Shown: positions 1 through 10,145, counted from the stretch's first letter. The stretch: DNA of 64,000 bases from Thermoplasmatota archaeon (GCA_018334755.1 JAGXLI010000001.1:21023-85022), one strand, 5' to 3'. Notes: generated by a model not told the origin, from the letters alone. Made by a program: numbers and translations.

Positions 1-2
1 AA

Positions 3-80
3 GAATTACAGGAAGTGAAGGGCATAGGGCCTGCAAAATCCGAAAAGCTGTATGAAAGCATCCAAGACGTTGAGAGCTAA
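3..80 (+). CDS. 3' fragment of a gene truncated by the window edge; the C-terminus carries a helix-hairpin-helix motif (LQEVKGIGPAKSEKLYESIQDVES*)
   Basis: Frame 3 is open from the window start to TAA at 78-80. It has a GIGxxxAxxL HhH signature typical of DNA-binding C-termini such as UvrC or XPF. Only 25 aa are visible. Confidence 0.3.
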   Translation, partial: ELQEVKGIGPAKSEKLYESIQDVES

Positions 81-349
81 AAAATAATCCTAGAAACCCG
101 CTGAGGCGTCACCATCGGATGGAGCACCGGGAGTGAGTACCGATCCTACCGTTCCCATCAATGTTTTTGATAGGGAATATGTCGATATTTAGAGGATATC
201 CCGTAAAACCCCCTCGCTGAGTCCTTTACCCGCTCTTAGAAGGATAATATTTATAGATTAGATTGACCATAAAGTATTGTTAGCCCACTTGAGAGACGAG
301 TGGAAAAAGAACTCGGACCTTCAAGTGGCGTCGAAAGGAGGTGATCGAA

Positions 350-937
350 TTGGCTATCAAATCTGTACCCTTGAGTGTGAATCGGCAAACTATAGAAAAA
401 AAAGTGGAAGAAGATCGAGATGAAGGAGGAGGATTTTTGTTTTTCAAAACCGAGCCAGAAAAAGTATCCTATTTTTGTTTGGTCGGATTCCCCTCCGTTC
501 ACATAAAATATGAACATCCAGAGAAAATAAACAAAACCACCGTGATGAAAGAGACCTCGACTATCATCGAACCCTGGCTGGGAGAGGGAAGGACAAATAT
601 GCCGAACGAGTCCGCGGCAGACCAGGTAAAATATCAAGGTTTTTCTACCCTTCAAAAAGGATACTACATCTCCTGGTCCGTTATGGACGAAAGTCCAGAG
701 AGTTTCGCGGAGAACTTCCTGGCCTCTACAAAAAAGTTAGGAGGTAGCCCCGAAGATGTCGAGATCAAGGATGTCTGTTATCTCCCACGGTTCATCGTCA
801 AATTGGAGAGATCTGACGAAGAAAGGTATCTGGTATACAACTTCAAGGGAGAAAAGATCGAACTGATATCTGAAAGGTTGACCAATGATTCGTATTACAG
901 GGAACGAGTAGAAAAGAACATGAGTGAGATCCCGTGA
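350..937 (+). CDS. hypothetical protein (about 195 aa); the start is ambiguous between GTG at 341 and TTG at 350
   Basis: ORF-track ORF 341..937. An AAGGAGGTGA Shine-Dalgarno-like motif at 334-343 sits 6 nt before the in-frame TTG at 350. I recognise no domain. The overlapping antisense ORF 251..655 is low-complexity. Confidence 0.4.
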   Translation: MAIKSVPLSVNRQTIEKKVEEDRDEGGGFLFFKTEPEKVSYFCLVGFPSVHIKYEHPEKINKTTVMKETSTIIEPWLGEGRTNMPNESAADQVKYQGFSTLQKGYYISWSVMDESPESFAENFLASTKKLGGSPEDVEIKDVCYLPRFIVKLERSDEERYLVYNFKGEKIELISERLTNDSYYRERVEKNMSEIP

Positions 938-1173
938 GAATCACCTGTAGTCATTTTATATCGTCCAATATCTATTTGTCCGATCGAAGGGGCTGACACT
1001 TCCGTATGCCCAACTCTAGCTAAACCGTTTCTAGTGACGATTCTTACGATGAATTCTCCGAGAGGATCAAATTGAAAAGTGAGTGAACGCTGCCGGATGG
1101 AAAGACCGAACATCCGTGATGAGCCTTTTAGCCCCAACACAAACTTTTTACCTACACTAATCTCTATCGTACC

Positions 1174-1905
1174 ATGGACAGAGAAGTACTCAAAGACTAT
1201 ATCCGCGAGGGGGTGGATTTTTCACAGACCGACCAGAAGAAAGGCGTTCCGATGCCGCCGGTTCAAAAAGAACCTAAAGAAGAAGCGGAACTGATAGACC
1301 TGCCCGACCCGGAAAGCCTTGACACAAGTAAAGAACTAACTGAAGCTATCTCGAACAGGGAATCGAGGCGCTCTTTCGCGAACGACTCTTTAGAACTGAA
1401 GGAACTTTCTTTCCTCCTGTGGGCGACCCAGGGAGTCCGTGAAGTAACCGATTCCGGACACGCGTACAGGGTCGTGCCTTCGGCGGGAAACCGTCACGCT
1501 CTAGAAACGTACATAGCTGCGTTCCACGTGAACGAACTGCCCCGGGCTATCTACAGGTATCTACCTCTAGACCACCAACTTGTAAAAGTGACCACATATG
1601 AGGATATGGAGGGAAAGGTGACCGAAGCCGCTAGAGGGCAAAAGTTCGTGGGGAACTGCGCCGCGACCTTTGTTTGGACAACTATTCCGTACAGGATGGA
1701 ATGGCGGTACGGAGAAGCCTCTTACAAGGTCATCGCCATAGACGCGGGTCACGTCTGCCAGAACTTGTACCTCGCCGCCGAAGCTGTAGACGCGGGGACC
1801 TGCGCGATAGCCGCCTACGATCAGGACCTGATGGATTCCTTACTAACTGTGGACGGGGAAGAGGAATTCACGATCTATCTGGCGCCTGTGGGAAAGATCT
1901 CTTGA
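1174..1905 (+). CDS. SagB-type dehydrogenase / nitroreductase-family protein
   Basis: RESRRSF...LSFLLWATQGVRE...YRVVPSAGNRHALETY...CAIAAYDQD matches the SagB/ThcOx nitroreductase-fold signature (FMN-binding R-x-S-x-R, PSAG, conserved C-terminal Y-D). Confidence 0.75.
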   Translation: MDREVLKDYIREGVDFSQTDQKKGVPMPPVQKEPKEEAELIDLPDPESLDTSKELTEAISNRESRRSFANDSLELKELSFLLWATQGVREVTDSGHAYRVVPSAGNRHALETYIAAFHVNELPRAIYRYLPLDHQLVKVTTYEDMEGKVTEAARGQKFVGNCAATFVWTTIPYRMEWRYGEASYKVIAIDAGHVCQNLYLAAEAVDAGTCAIAAYDQDLMDSLLTVDGEEEFTIYLAPVGKIS

Positions 1906-2002
1906 AAAATTAAACAGCTTTCCGATATTGGAAGAAGGGAGGAATGTAATTCGAGGTTTAAAAAATTCTCTATCTAGACCTTTCCGACCGTAAAGTGATG
2001 AT

Positions 2003-2848
2003 ATGGAGCTGAAAGATAAGATCTGTATGGTGACGGGAGCCAATTCCGGGATAGGTAAGCGTACCGCAGAAAGATTCGCGGATACGGGGGCAAAAGTAGT
2101 GATGCTCTGTAGAGACAAGGAGCGGGGCGAGAAGGCCAGAAATGACCTCGTCCAAAAGACCCAAAACGAGAACATAGAACTTCTACTCTGCGATCTCTCA
2201 TCGATGCGTTCCGTACGGCGCGCTGCCAAAGGATTCAAAGAGAACTACAGCAAATTACACGTTCTCGTGAACAACGCCGGTCTGATCTCCTCGAGTAAAA
2301 AGATCACGGAAGAAGGTAACGAGAAAACGTTCGCCACAAACTACCTAGGCCACTTCCTACTCACGTATCTTTTGATCGATCCCATGAAGGAAGCCTCTTC
2401 GGCGGAGATCATCAACGTCACCTCTGCCGCTCACAAGAGCGGAGAACTAGATTTCGACGACCTGCAGCTCAAGAGATCTACTTACTTCAGCGGCTGGAAG
2501 GCTTATGCCAATTCAAAACTGGCCCAGGTTATGTTCACCTACACACTTTCGAGGAAGTTGAAGAAAACGACGATATCGGTGAACAGCTATCATCCCGGAG
2601 TCGTAAACTCTCATTTCGGCAAGAAGACATTTTTGACGAAAATATTTTACAAGCTATTTTTCTTTTTGATGAGAGATCCTGACGATTCCGCGGAAGATAT
2701 CGTTCGATTGATCACCGATCCCGAATTTGAGGATTCAACGGGCAAGTACTTTTCGAAAGGGAAAATAAAAAAATCCTCTAAGGAATCTTACGATGTTGAA
2801 GCACGGAGGAAGCTTTGGAAAGAGAGCAAGAAGTTGGTAGGGATATAG
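2003..2848 (+). CDS. short-chain dehydrogenase/reductase (SDR family, retinol-dehydrogenase-like)
   Basis: N-terminal TGANSGIGK Rossmann motif, NNAG motif, and a catalytic YxxxK (YANSK). Confidence 0.85.
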   Translation: MELKDKICMVTGANSGIGKRTAERFADTGAKVVMLCRDKERGEKARNDLVQKTQNENIELLLCDLSSMRSVRRAAKGFKENYSKLHVLVNNAGLISSSKKITEEGNEKTFATNYLGHFLLTYLLIDPMKEASSAEIINVTSAAHKSGELDFDDLQLKRSTYFSGWKAYANSKLAQVMFTYTLSRKLKKTTISVNSYHPGVVNSHFGKKTFLTKIFYKLFFFLMRDPDDSAEDIVRLITDPEFEDSTGKYFSKGKIKKSSKESYDVEARRKLWKESKKLVGI

Positions 2849-2960
2849 AATAAGAGGCCTACCTGGCTTACAGGGAGATATGTAGAAGAGTTACCTCCGC
2901 AGAAAAGCAGTTCGGAGAGCAAGATTTTTTACCTTTAAGATATAATCCCAATTCGATAAC

Positions 2961-4058
2961 ATGATGGATGTAGATTTAGAAGAGATCGCGGACAAGATAG
3001 TGAACAAGTGCATGAGGGTAGAAGAGGACGAGGTGATCATAGTCAGCGGAGGAATACATAATTTTGAACTAGTGGAAGATATCGCCGTGAACATAAAGAA
3101 GAACGGCGCTTTCCCGGTATTAAGAGCCAATACCGAGAGACTCAGGAAAAAGATGACGGAGGAAGTGGATAAAGATCTTCTAGAGAAAACTCCCGAGCAT
3201 ATGATAAGATGGTTAGATGACGTGGACGGGAGGATAGGGATAGATAGTCAGAAGGATCCTAGGATCCTGCAGCAGCTGTCTGAAGAAAAGATCGGAGCTC
3301 AAAGGAAGGCTAGAAAACCGATACAGGACAAGATCAACGAAGAGAAGATCCGGTGGACCGGTATCGGCTATCCGACCGAAGAGAAGGCCGAGATGTACGG
3401 TATCGATTACGAAGAGTTCTGGGACATGTTCTGGAAGGCCTTGAACGTGGACTATGACGAGATGATGAAAAGAGGTCAGAAGATAGCTGAACCTCTACAA
3501 GAAGGAGATGAAGTGCATATCACGTCGGAAAAAGGGACCGATCTTGAGTTCTCCATAGGAGAGAGGAACATAATCGTGGATGACGGCATAATCTCTGAGG
3601 AGGATAAGGAAAGCGGATTCGTCGGCAACAATCTACCGTGCGGCGAGGTTTTCTGCGCTCCTATAGAGGATTCAGCGAACGGCAAGGCGTTCTTCGACGT
3701 GGCCTTCTACCGCGGCAATGAGATTAGGGGTATCGAAGCGACCTTTGAAGACGGAAAACTTGTCGACGCTACGGCTGAAAAGAATGAAGAACTCTTCCAT
3801 GAAGTCATCGAGAACGCCCAGGGCGATAAAAAACGCATCGGCGAGTTAGGCATAGGTATAAATCCGGAAGTACATCGAGCGATAGGATATACCATAACGG
3901 ACGAGAAGATAATGGGCAGCATCCACTTGGCTCTGGGTGAGAACAAGATGTTCGGCGGTGAGAACGACTCGTCTCTCCACTGGGACCTGGTGATGCTCGA
4001 TCCGTCCTTAGAAGTGAACGGCGAGAAGGTAATGGACAACGGTGAACACCTGGTCTGA
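2961..4058 (+). CDS. aminopeptidase, M29 (thermophilic metalloprotease / AmpS-PepS) family
   Basis: 365 aa. GELGIGINPE and HLALGEN motifs, and an overall layout resembling M29 aminopeptidases. Confidence 0.65.
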   Translation: MMDVDLEEIADKIVNKCMRVEEDEVIIVSGGIHNFELVEDIAVNIKKNGAFPVLRANTERLRKKMTEEVDKDLLEKTPEHMIRWLDDVDGRIGIDSQKDPRILQQLSEEKIGAQRKARKPIQDKINEEKIRWTGIGYPTEEKAEMYGIDYEEFWDMFWKALNVDYDEMMKRGQKIAEPLQEGDEVHITSEKGTDLEFSIGERNIIVDDGIISEEDKESGFVGNNLPCGEVFCAPIEDSANGKAFFDVAFYRGNEIRGIEATFEDGKLVDATAEKNEELFHEVIENAQGDKKRIGELGIGINPEVHRAIGYTITDEKIMGSIHLALGENKMFGGENDSSLHWDLVMLDPSLEVNGEKVMDNGEHLV

Positions 4059-4134
4059 ACCCTCTTTTTTTCTTCCACCTCTCTTGATAAGAAACCAAAA
4101 TCGTTATACGGGTTGAACCCATTGATAGGTATAT

Positions 4135-4392
4135 ATGGCCGAGATAACGAAGATGGATGAAAGGGGCCGTATCACGATCCCTAAGGAATTGAGAAACACC
4201 CATGACCTAGAAGGGGATGAGGAATTCCTTATCGAAGATATCGACGACGAGACTTTCATAATCACAAAAGTCGATCTAAAAGGACTGATAGACGAGGCCA
4301 AAAAAGAGCTCGAAGGTGAAAACGTCGAAAACCTACACGAAGAAGTGAAAAAAGAAGTCCATAAACTTTCAAAAGAGAAGTTCTCTTGTTGA
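4135..4392 (+). CDS. SpoVT/AbrB-domain DNA-binding protein with an acidic coiled-coil C-terminus
   Basis: N-terminal ERGRITIPKELR swapped-hairpin AbrB/MazE signature. No PIN or other toxin partner lies downstream. Confidence 0.6.
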   Translation: MAEITKMDERGRITIPKELRNTHDLEGDEEFLIEDIDDETFIITKVDLKGLIDEAKKELEGENVENLHEEVKKEVHKLSKEKFSC

Positions 4393-4642
4393 TACTGATC
4401 TATTCGTACGTGGTACTTAGAGCCGGTGAGCTTTATTGATCGACCGCTCTCTCACCGACCTACTTCACCTCTCTGAGTAGGATGTGTTTTGATCACACTA
4501 GCTGCTGACACTTCTATTTATCCTGATAGAATAGAGCAAAGTCACTTTAACCATACGATAATATTTAAGTAGAAAAAATCCGTCTCGACCGGTGGAGCGG
4601 ATAGATTTAGCTAGTCTCATGCTTCGAAGGGAAGTGAGATAT

Positions 4643-6364
4643 ATGAGATGCCAAAAGTTACTGACGATCGGCTTATCGATCTCTTTGTTACTCGGCGCAT
4701 TTATCACCTTAGCGGTCCCTGCAGACGGTTTGAACGGGAGCGCGGACCGATCGGAGCTGGAGGAACTAGGAGATACGGCCTGGCCGAGTTTTGGTAAAAA
4801 TGAAAAGAATACGGGTCTGAGTTCCTACGACACCTCTCAAGTGGACGGCGCGGTGAAGTGGGCTTCCGAAACTCGAGGGAAGATCAAAAGTTCACCCACA
4901 ATCGGCTCGGACGGGACGATCTACTTTGGCTCGAACGACGGTAGGTTGTACGCTCTGAGACCTGACGGTATACAGAAATGGAATTTTAGCACCTCGGGGA
5001 AAGTCCTCTCCTCCCCAGCTATCGGGGCGAACGGCAACATATATTTTGGTTCTGCAGATGAAAATTTTTACTCTCTCTCAACAGACGGTACCTTGAGATG
5101 GAAGTTCAATACCAGCGAGTACAGTGTTCTAGGAGGTATGATCGAATCTTCGCCCGTGATCGGACCGGACGGAACGATATATTTCGGATGCTGGAACGGC
5201 AGATTATATGCTCTTCACCAGAACGGCACAGCGAAGTGGAGCTTCGAGACTGGAGGGCCGATCAAGTCCCCTTCCCCGGCCGTAGGTTCCGACGGGACAA
5301 TTTATATCGGATCTCACTCCGGTAGCCTCTACGCCTTAAATCCCAACGGGACCAAAAAATGGAGCTACTCCGCAGGCGAGGCCTTCCATTCTACGCCGAC
5401 CATCGGTCCGGACGGGACCATCTACGTTGGGTCAGAAGATGACAATTTTTACGCTATAAACCCCGACGGGACCGAAAAATGGAACTATACCACGGGAGAT
5501 AACGTCCGAGCTTCGTCGGCTATAGGTCCTCAGGGTACGATCTATATAGGCTCTTTTGACTCGAAGATGTACGCATTCACCAAGTCTGGTTCTCTGAAGT
5601 GGTCCTTCGAATCCGACTATGCGATATACACCAATCCAGCCATAGGCAGTGAAGGTACCATCCACTTCGCTTCAGCGACGGGTACGATTTATTCGCTATA
5701 TCCGAACGGAACAGAGAAGTGGTCCACCCAGGCCCAGGATTCCATCGGCTCTTCACCCGCAATAGGTTCTAACAATAGGATCTATATCGGTTCGTCCGAC
5801 TCCAACCTGTATTCTATCGGCGCGGGTAAATCGGTCGAGAATCCTCCAGGTGAGCCTCAGAATCCTGAAGCCGAGGGAGGAAAAGGCTATGTCAAGGTAA
5901 CATGGGATCCCCCGGCCGATAAGGGCAGTTCTCTGATAGAGGAATACAGGATCTACAGAGGAGTGGATCAGACCCAGATAAGCCAATATGAAGTCGTAGA
6001 TGGATCGGAAGATTCCTTCAACGACACCGATGTAGAGGCCGGAACGACTTACTACTACAGAATCAGCGCTGTCAATGCCGCTGGCGAGGGTGAGTTGACT
6101 TCAACGGTCGAGGGAACGGTCTCCGACAGCGGTGGAGATAATAATGGTTCCTCTAATGATGACGATCCTGCCGATGAAGGATTCATATCATCCTACTGGT
6201 GGTTGATATTGCTTCTTATCATTTTGAGTGTGGTCATTATGACGATATTCCTGCTGCTTCATAAAAGAGAACCGCCGCAGAACTATCGGGACACTACTTA
6301 CGATGGACAACGATCAACTGGAGATCAGCCGCCGGAAACTACACAAAACAGGGATTCGGTTTGA
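4643..6364 (+). CDS. surface-anchored PQQ-like beta-propeller repeat protein with an FN3 domain, a C-terminal TM helix and a cytoplasmic tail
   Basis: Eight repeats of [ST]SP[AT]IG.DGTIY.GS.D..LYAL.P.G..KW, the PQQ/BamB-like blade motif. An FN3-like segment (VKVTWDPP...YYYRISAVNAAGEG) is followed by YWWLILLLIILSVVIMTIFLLL. The ORF track starts at 4592, but the signal-peptide-like start MRCQKLLTIGLSISLLLGAFITLAVPA at the in-frame ATG near 4643 is more likely. Confidence 0.7.
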   Translation: MRCQKLLTIGLSISLLLGAFITLAVPADGLNGSADRSELEELGDTAWPSFGKNEKNTGLSSYDTSQVDGAVKWASETRGKIKSSPTIGSDGTIYFGSNDGRLYALRPDGIQKWNFSTSGKVLSSPAIGANGNIYFGSADENFYSLSTDGTLRWKFNTSEYSVLGGMIESSPVIGPDGTIYFGCWNGRLYALHQNGTAKWSFETGGPIKSPSPAVGSDGTIYIGSHSGSLYALNPNGTKKWSYSAGEAFHSTPTIGPDGTIYVGSEDDNFYAINPDGTEKWNYTTGDNVRASSAIGPQGTIYIGSFDSKMYAFTKSGSLKWSFESDYAIYTNPAIGSEGTIHFASATGTIYSLYPNGTEKWSTQAQDSIGSSPAIGSNNRIYIGSSDSNLYSIGAGKSVENPPGEPQNPEAEGGKGYVKVTWDPPADKGSSLIEEYRIYRGVDQTQISQYEVVDGSEDSFNDTDVEAGTTYYYRISAVNAAGEGELTSTVEGTVSDSGGDNNGSSNDDDPADEGFISSYWWLILLLIILSVVIMTIFLLLHKREPPQNYRDTTYDGQRSTGDQPPETTQNRDSV

Positions 6365-6546
6365 GAAGTAAAGCCCCAGGCTTACCTCCCCCTCCCAAAA
6401 AGAGGTAATCCCGGGGTTCTTGATCTTGTCGTCTCATATCCTTATCCTTTACTCGTAATATATTAGGTGTACAACCATATATAATGGATTTCCGAATTGT
6501 TTGATAATTACTGCAAAGATTCGTCAAAGATGAGACACAATTCTCA

Positions 6547-6563
6547 CATAAATTATATTTAAA
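6547..6563 (+). promoter_or_regulatory. TATA-box-like element (ATAAATTATATTTAAAT) upstream of the HTH-PAS-GAF regulator gene
   Basis: AT-rich octamer about 30 bp upstream of ATG 6588, consistent with an archaeal BRE/TATA and a short leader. Confidence 0.35.
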
Positions 6564-6587
6564 TCCCTTCACTTTAGAAATGAGAAG

Positions 6588-8156
6588 ATGGAGAGTAGAA
6601 AAGTAAAACGCACCCTTTCTTATCTACTCCTAGGCCAGGAAGGAGGCGAAAACCGTTTCAAGATAATCGAGATGTTGAGGGAAAGGCCCTATAACATAAA
6701 TCAGATAGCCGAGCAGCTCGATCTTAACTATAAAACTGTGAAACATCATGTCGATGTGATGATAGAAAACGGTATATTGACTTCGTCCAAGGAAGGAGAT
6801 TACGGGAAGGTTTACTTTTTAGAGGAAAAGGTCGAAAGGAATATCGAGGTCTATGAGGACATCGTGGAGAAGTTCGAGAAATTTACTGCATCACCTGCCC
6901 TTCTAAAAAATCTGCTGAAACAGTCTGATGTAGGCCTGATAATCGCGGATGAAGAGGGTAAAACTACATTCTTGAACAAAGGAGCGGAGAAGATATTTGG
7001 TTACTCGGAGAAAGAGACCCTAGGAAAACCTCTAGAGGTATTCGAAGATGAGGAATCTACCAAAAAAATATTTCAAAAGGTCGATGACGAAGGTAAACTG
7101 AAAGAGGAAAGGAAGATAAAGAAAAAGTCGGGAGAGACCACACATATCAACCTCATAGTGGAATCCATCTTTGACGAAGACGATGAATTCATAGGCTACT
7201 CCATTTTGGCCGTAGATATCTCAGAACGGAAGGAGATAGAGAAGGAAAAGGAAGAGCAGTATAACGTACTTCAGGCTATAATGGAAAACACGGATTCTCA
7301 GCTCGTATACCTAGATAAGGGCTTCAACTTTGTTTACGTGAACAGCGCGTATGCAGAAGCGGCTGGATATACTCGAGAGGAACTTCTAGGTGAAAACCAT
7401 TTTGAACTCTTTCCCGATGAAGAGAATAAAAAAATATTCGAAAAAGTCAGGGATACAGGAGAACCCGTAACTTATCACGACAAACCTTTCGAATATCCGG
7501 ACGATCCAGAAAGAGGCACCACTTACTGGAATTGGAATCTAGCGCTGGTCAAGGACGACCAAGGAGAAGTTCAAGGACTGGTCTTGTCTCTCATGGAGAC
7601 CACGGAGAGGGTCAAGCAGGAAAAAAAGATCAAGGAGAAAAACGAGAGGATAGAATTCTTGAAGTCGTTGATAACTTCTATCAAAGATGTGAACGAACTG
7701 CTGTTGAAGGAGGATGACTTCGACAGGATAGTCGAAGAGGTGCCGTCTATTTTATTAAGCACCCAGGGATTTACGAATATCACTCTTGCCCTTTTTGAAG
7801 AAGATGATATAATGCGGCCGATCTCTAACAGCGGAGACCATGAAAGCAGGTCCTGGAAATTGACTAGAAACGGTGAAGGCGACGCGCCCGGCTGTGTTAA
7901 AAAGGCGCTGGAGACCCAAAAGAAAGCTATCGTCGACGAGATCGAAGAGTCCTGTAAAGGGTGTCCGTTTTCAGAAGAGATGCTCCCACATCAAACCGCC
8001 GTCATCCCTATAAAGGTAGAAGGCTCGATCTTGGGGATGATAAGGGCCTGTTACGAGCCGGAGGTAGAGATAGACGAGAGGACTCTAGAACTCCTTCATG
8101 ACGTGGAGGACGATCTAGCTTATGCCCTTAAAGAAGTCGGCGGAGAAAATAATTAG
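6588..8156 (+). CDS. transcriptional regulator: winged HTH (ArsR/TrmB-like) plus two PAS domains plus a C-terminal GAF-like sensor domain
   Basis: N-terminal LSYLLLGQEGGENRFKIIEMLRERPYNINQIAEQLDLNYKTVKHHV is an HTH. The PAS S-boxes are LIIADEEGKTTFLNKGAEKIFGY and FVYVNSAYAEAAGYTREELLGENHFELFPDEEN. It is paralogous to 33306..34295 and 34487..35494. Confidence 0.75.
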   Translation: MESRKVKRTLSYLLLGQEGGENRFKIIEMLRERPYNINQIAEQLDLNYKTVKHHVDVMIENGILTSSKEGDYGKVYFLEEKVERNIEVYEDIVEKFEKFTASPALLKNLLKQSDVGLIIADEEGKTTFLNKGAEKIFGYSEKETLGKPLEVFEDEESTKKIFQKVDDEGKLKEERKIKKKSGETTHINLIVESIFDEDDEFIGYSILAVDISERKEIEKEKEEQYNVLQAIMENTDSQLVYLDKGFNFVYVNSAYAEAAGYTREELLGENHFELFPDEENKKIFEKVRDTGEPVTYHDKPFEYPDDPERGTTYWNWNLALVKDDQGEVQGLVLSLMETTERVKQEKKIKEKNERIEFLKSLITSIKDVNELLLKEDDFDRIVEEVPSILLSTQGFTNITLALFEEDDIMRPISNSGDHESRSWKLTRNGEGDAPGCVKKALETQKKAIVDEIEESCKGCPFSEEMLPHQTAVIPIKVEGSILGMIRACYEPEVEIDERTLELLHDVEDDLAYALKEVGGENN

Positions 8157-8237
8157 AGGGAAAAAACCTCACTAGGCCGTTATGTAGAGCGCACTGGTGA
8201 ACTCGGGATCTATCAAGAGATAGATGATAAATTACAA

Positions 8238-8816
8238 ATGTTCGAAGTATATCTCAGAATCACATCGAAAGAGGTGTTTAATCAGGGTTTGGGCGGAAGA
8301 TTGCTTGATTATGGAGACGTAGGAGTAAGAACTGCAGGAACAGCGGGAACTGAGATCAATTTCAAAGGTGTCAGTGAACCTAAACAGGTACAGAGAATGT
8401 TGAGAGATATGATCGATAGGCATGAAGAGGACAAGGAGGTTGAAGAAAGGATAAAGAGATTTGAAGACAAATATATGATGGGGGAGATCACGAAGAAGGA
8501 GTTCGAGGAAGCAAAACAAAAACTAAGAGCAAGTGTAAATAGAGAGGACGACTTTACCCCTCCGAGTCCATCTACAGCTGCGGATACGAGCGTCACTTCA
8601 GGCCCGAACCAGGATGCGCATGGTGATGGCAGTGAATCCCCTCCTCCGGAACCACCGGCAGGAGAACCGAGAGAACAGCCACGATCCCCTTCCCCGCCAT
8701 CCGATCAGCGAACACCTGCGGAAAAGTTAGAAGAACTCCAGGAGATGAAAGATAAAGATCTGATCACTGAAGAGGAATTTGAGAGTAAAAAAGAAGAGAT
8801 ACTGGACAACTATTAG
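8238..8816 (+). CDS. bPH_2 (YdbT-like bacterial PH) domain fragment plus Pro/Ser-rich linker plus SHOCT domain protein
   Basis: YLRITSKEV...GLGGRLLDYGDVGVRTAGT...INFKGVSEPKQVQRMLRDMI matches the C-terminal half of PF03703. The C-terminus EELQEMKDKDLITEEEFESKKEEIL matches the SHOCT motif. There is no in-frame start upstream of 8238. Confidence 0.55.
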   Translation: MFEVYLRITSKEVFNQGLGGRLLDYGDVGVRTAGTAGTEINFKGVSEPKQVQRMLRDMIDRHEEDKEVEERIKRFEDKYMMGEITKKEFEEAKQKLRASVNREDDFTPPSPSTAADTSVTSGPNQDAHGDGSESPPPEPPAGEPREQPRSPSPPSDQRTPAEKLEELQEMKDKDLITEEEFESKKEEILDNY

Positions 8817-8846
8817 CAAAGCTATCCGGGATGAGCTTTTCTACCT

Positions 8847-9944
8847 TCATCCTTTCTCATCGAACTCGTCAAGCAGGTCCTCGGCCAATGGACCTTCGAA
8901 ATAATTGAAATACACGAACGTGATGAAGAAAGTGTTCACTAGGAAACCGACCAGGTAGAAGATGAATGAATACACCAATATCTCGGGATCTACGGCTTTC
9001 AGAGCTAACCTCAAGAAAAGGAAGATGGTCCCGAGCGTCAGGACGAGCCCCAGTAATCTAGATCGGGCGCCCTCGAAGAGGAAGAAATCGGCGGCGGGAC
9101 CCGGTATCTTTACTTTGAGCCTCTTGAATATGAAAAGCGGTATCACGACCACGGGTATGAAATACGAAACGGCGGAGGCCAAAGCGAAGAGTTCGCTCAA
9201 AGACCTCTCCGCTAGAAGGAGAGGATTCAAGCTTATGTAGATCGCCATGATCGAAGCCACTATGGCCTCTAGAAAGAAGGCCGACCTGAAATTTTCCCAC
9301 GAAAAACTGTCTTGAGACGTCTCTTCGTCGATCTTCATCTCACCAGTATCCAGCACCTCTGGAATATCGAAGAACCATCTGAGAAACTTTTTATAAGTCG
9401 TATTCAGGAGACTTTCACTCTCCTCCGCCTCCTTAACATCTTCGAAGATCTTCCCGAAGTACTTCCTCTGAAAGAGCACTATAAGGCTGACCAGTCCGAA
9501 ACCCTGAAGCAGGAGAATAAGCAACCCGGCTAGGTAGGAAAGGAAAAAAATCAAAGATACGACCAGAGGCATGATAAAGGCGCCTAAACCGGATAGATAT
9601 CCCCCGAAAAATGGTACTAGAACAGGTTGGTACAAAGAGTACCCTATGATGATGGTCAAGAAAGTCAGAACGAAAGATACTCCCGTCAGGAACTTCAGGA
9701 TATCTCTGGTTTTGATCCTGCCGTATTTTCCGTGGAATATTAGGGAAAAAATGCCGACAACTAAAAAAATTGTCACTAGACCGTTCAAGATCGGGTTGAT
9801 GAGCTCGAACAGGTCCCCGGCAAAATTGAATGTGATAGTGTAGATGATCCAGACGGCGAAGACCAGCATAAGTATGTAAAACAACTTGCGGATCCTATCA
9901 TCGTGTTTACTTCGAACTTTCACCGTCTCCCATTTCTCACCCAT
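8847..9944 (-). CDS. polytopic integral membrane protein (about 9 TM segments), function unknown
   Basis: Multiple hydrophobic helices, no recognised motif, convergent with 8238..8816. Confidence 0.5.
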   Translation of the reverse strand: MGEKWETVKVRSKHDDRIRKLFYILMLVFAVWIIYTITFNFAGDLFELINPILNGLVTIFLVVGIFSLIFHGKYGRIKTRDILKFLTGVSFVLTFLTIIIGYSLYQPVLVPFFGGYLSGLGAFIMPLVVSLIFFLSYLAGLLILLLQGFGLVSLIVLFQRKYFGKIFEDVKEAEESESLLNTTYKKFLRWFFDIPEVLDTGEMKIDEETSQDSFSWENFRSAFFLEAIVASIMAIYISLNPLLLAERSLSELFALASAVSYFIPVVVIPLFIFKRLKVKIPGPAADFFLFEGARSRLLGLVLTLGTIFLFLRLALKAVDPEILVYSFIFYLVGFLVNTFFITFVYFNYFEGPLAEDLLDEFDEKG

Positions 9945-10145
9945 GTTTTCCCAGAAACATAGGAGTGGTGAACCCTTTTATATTTTATTGAATCAGTCAA
10001 ACGATCCATCCTTGGATCATCCTATACGAACTTCTAATATCTTCACAACTGAACGTTTAGGTGTAAATAGTTGCTTCACCCTCATATAAAAGAGTAAAAA
10101 AATGATAGAAAAGGTTTTTTTAGATTTGACTCGCGGTTCCTTGCT

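Noticed and set aside
251-655. 134-aa minus-strand ORF overlapping the 350..937 gene
   Set aside because: Low-complexity translation (poly-F/G). It is antisense to a better-supported ORF with an SD-like site, so it is likely a shadow ORF.
4393-4590. Weak inverted repeat GCCGGTGAGC / CTCTCACCGACC in the intergenic region before the PQQ-propeller gene
   Set aside because: The arms are imperfect and short. I could not build a convincing hairpin or recognise a known RNA.
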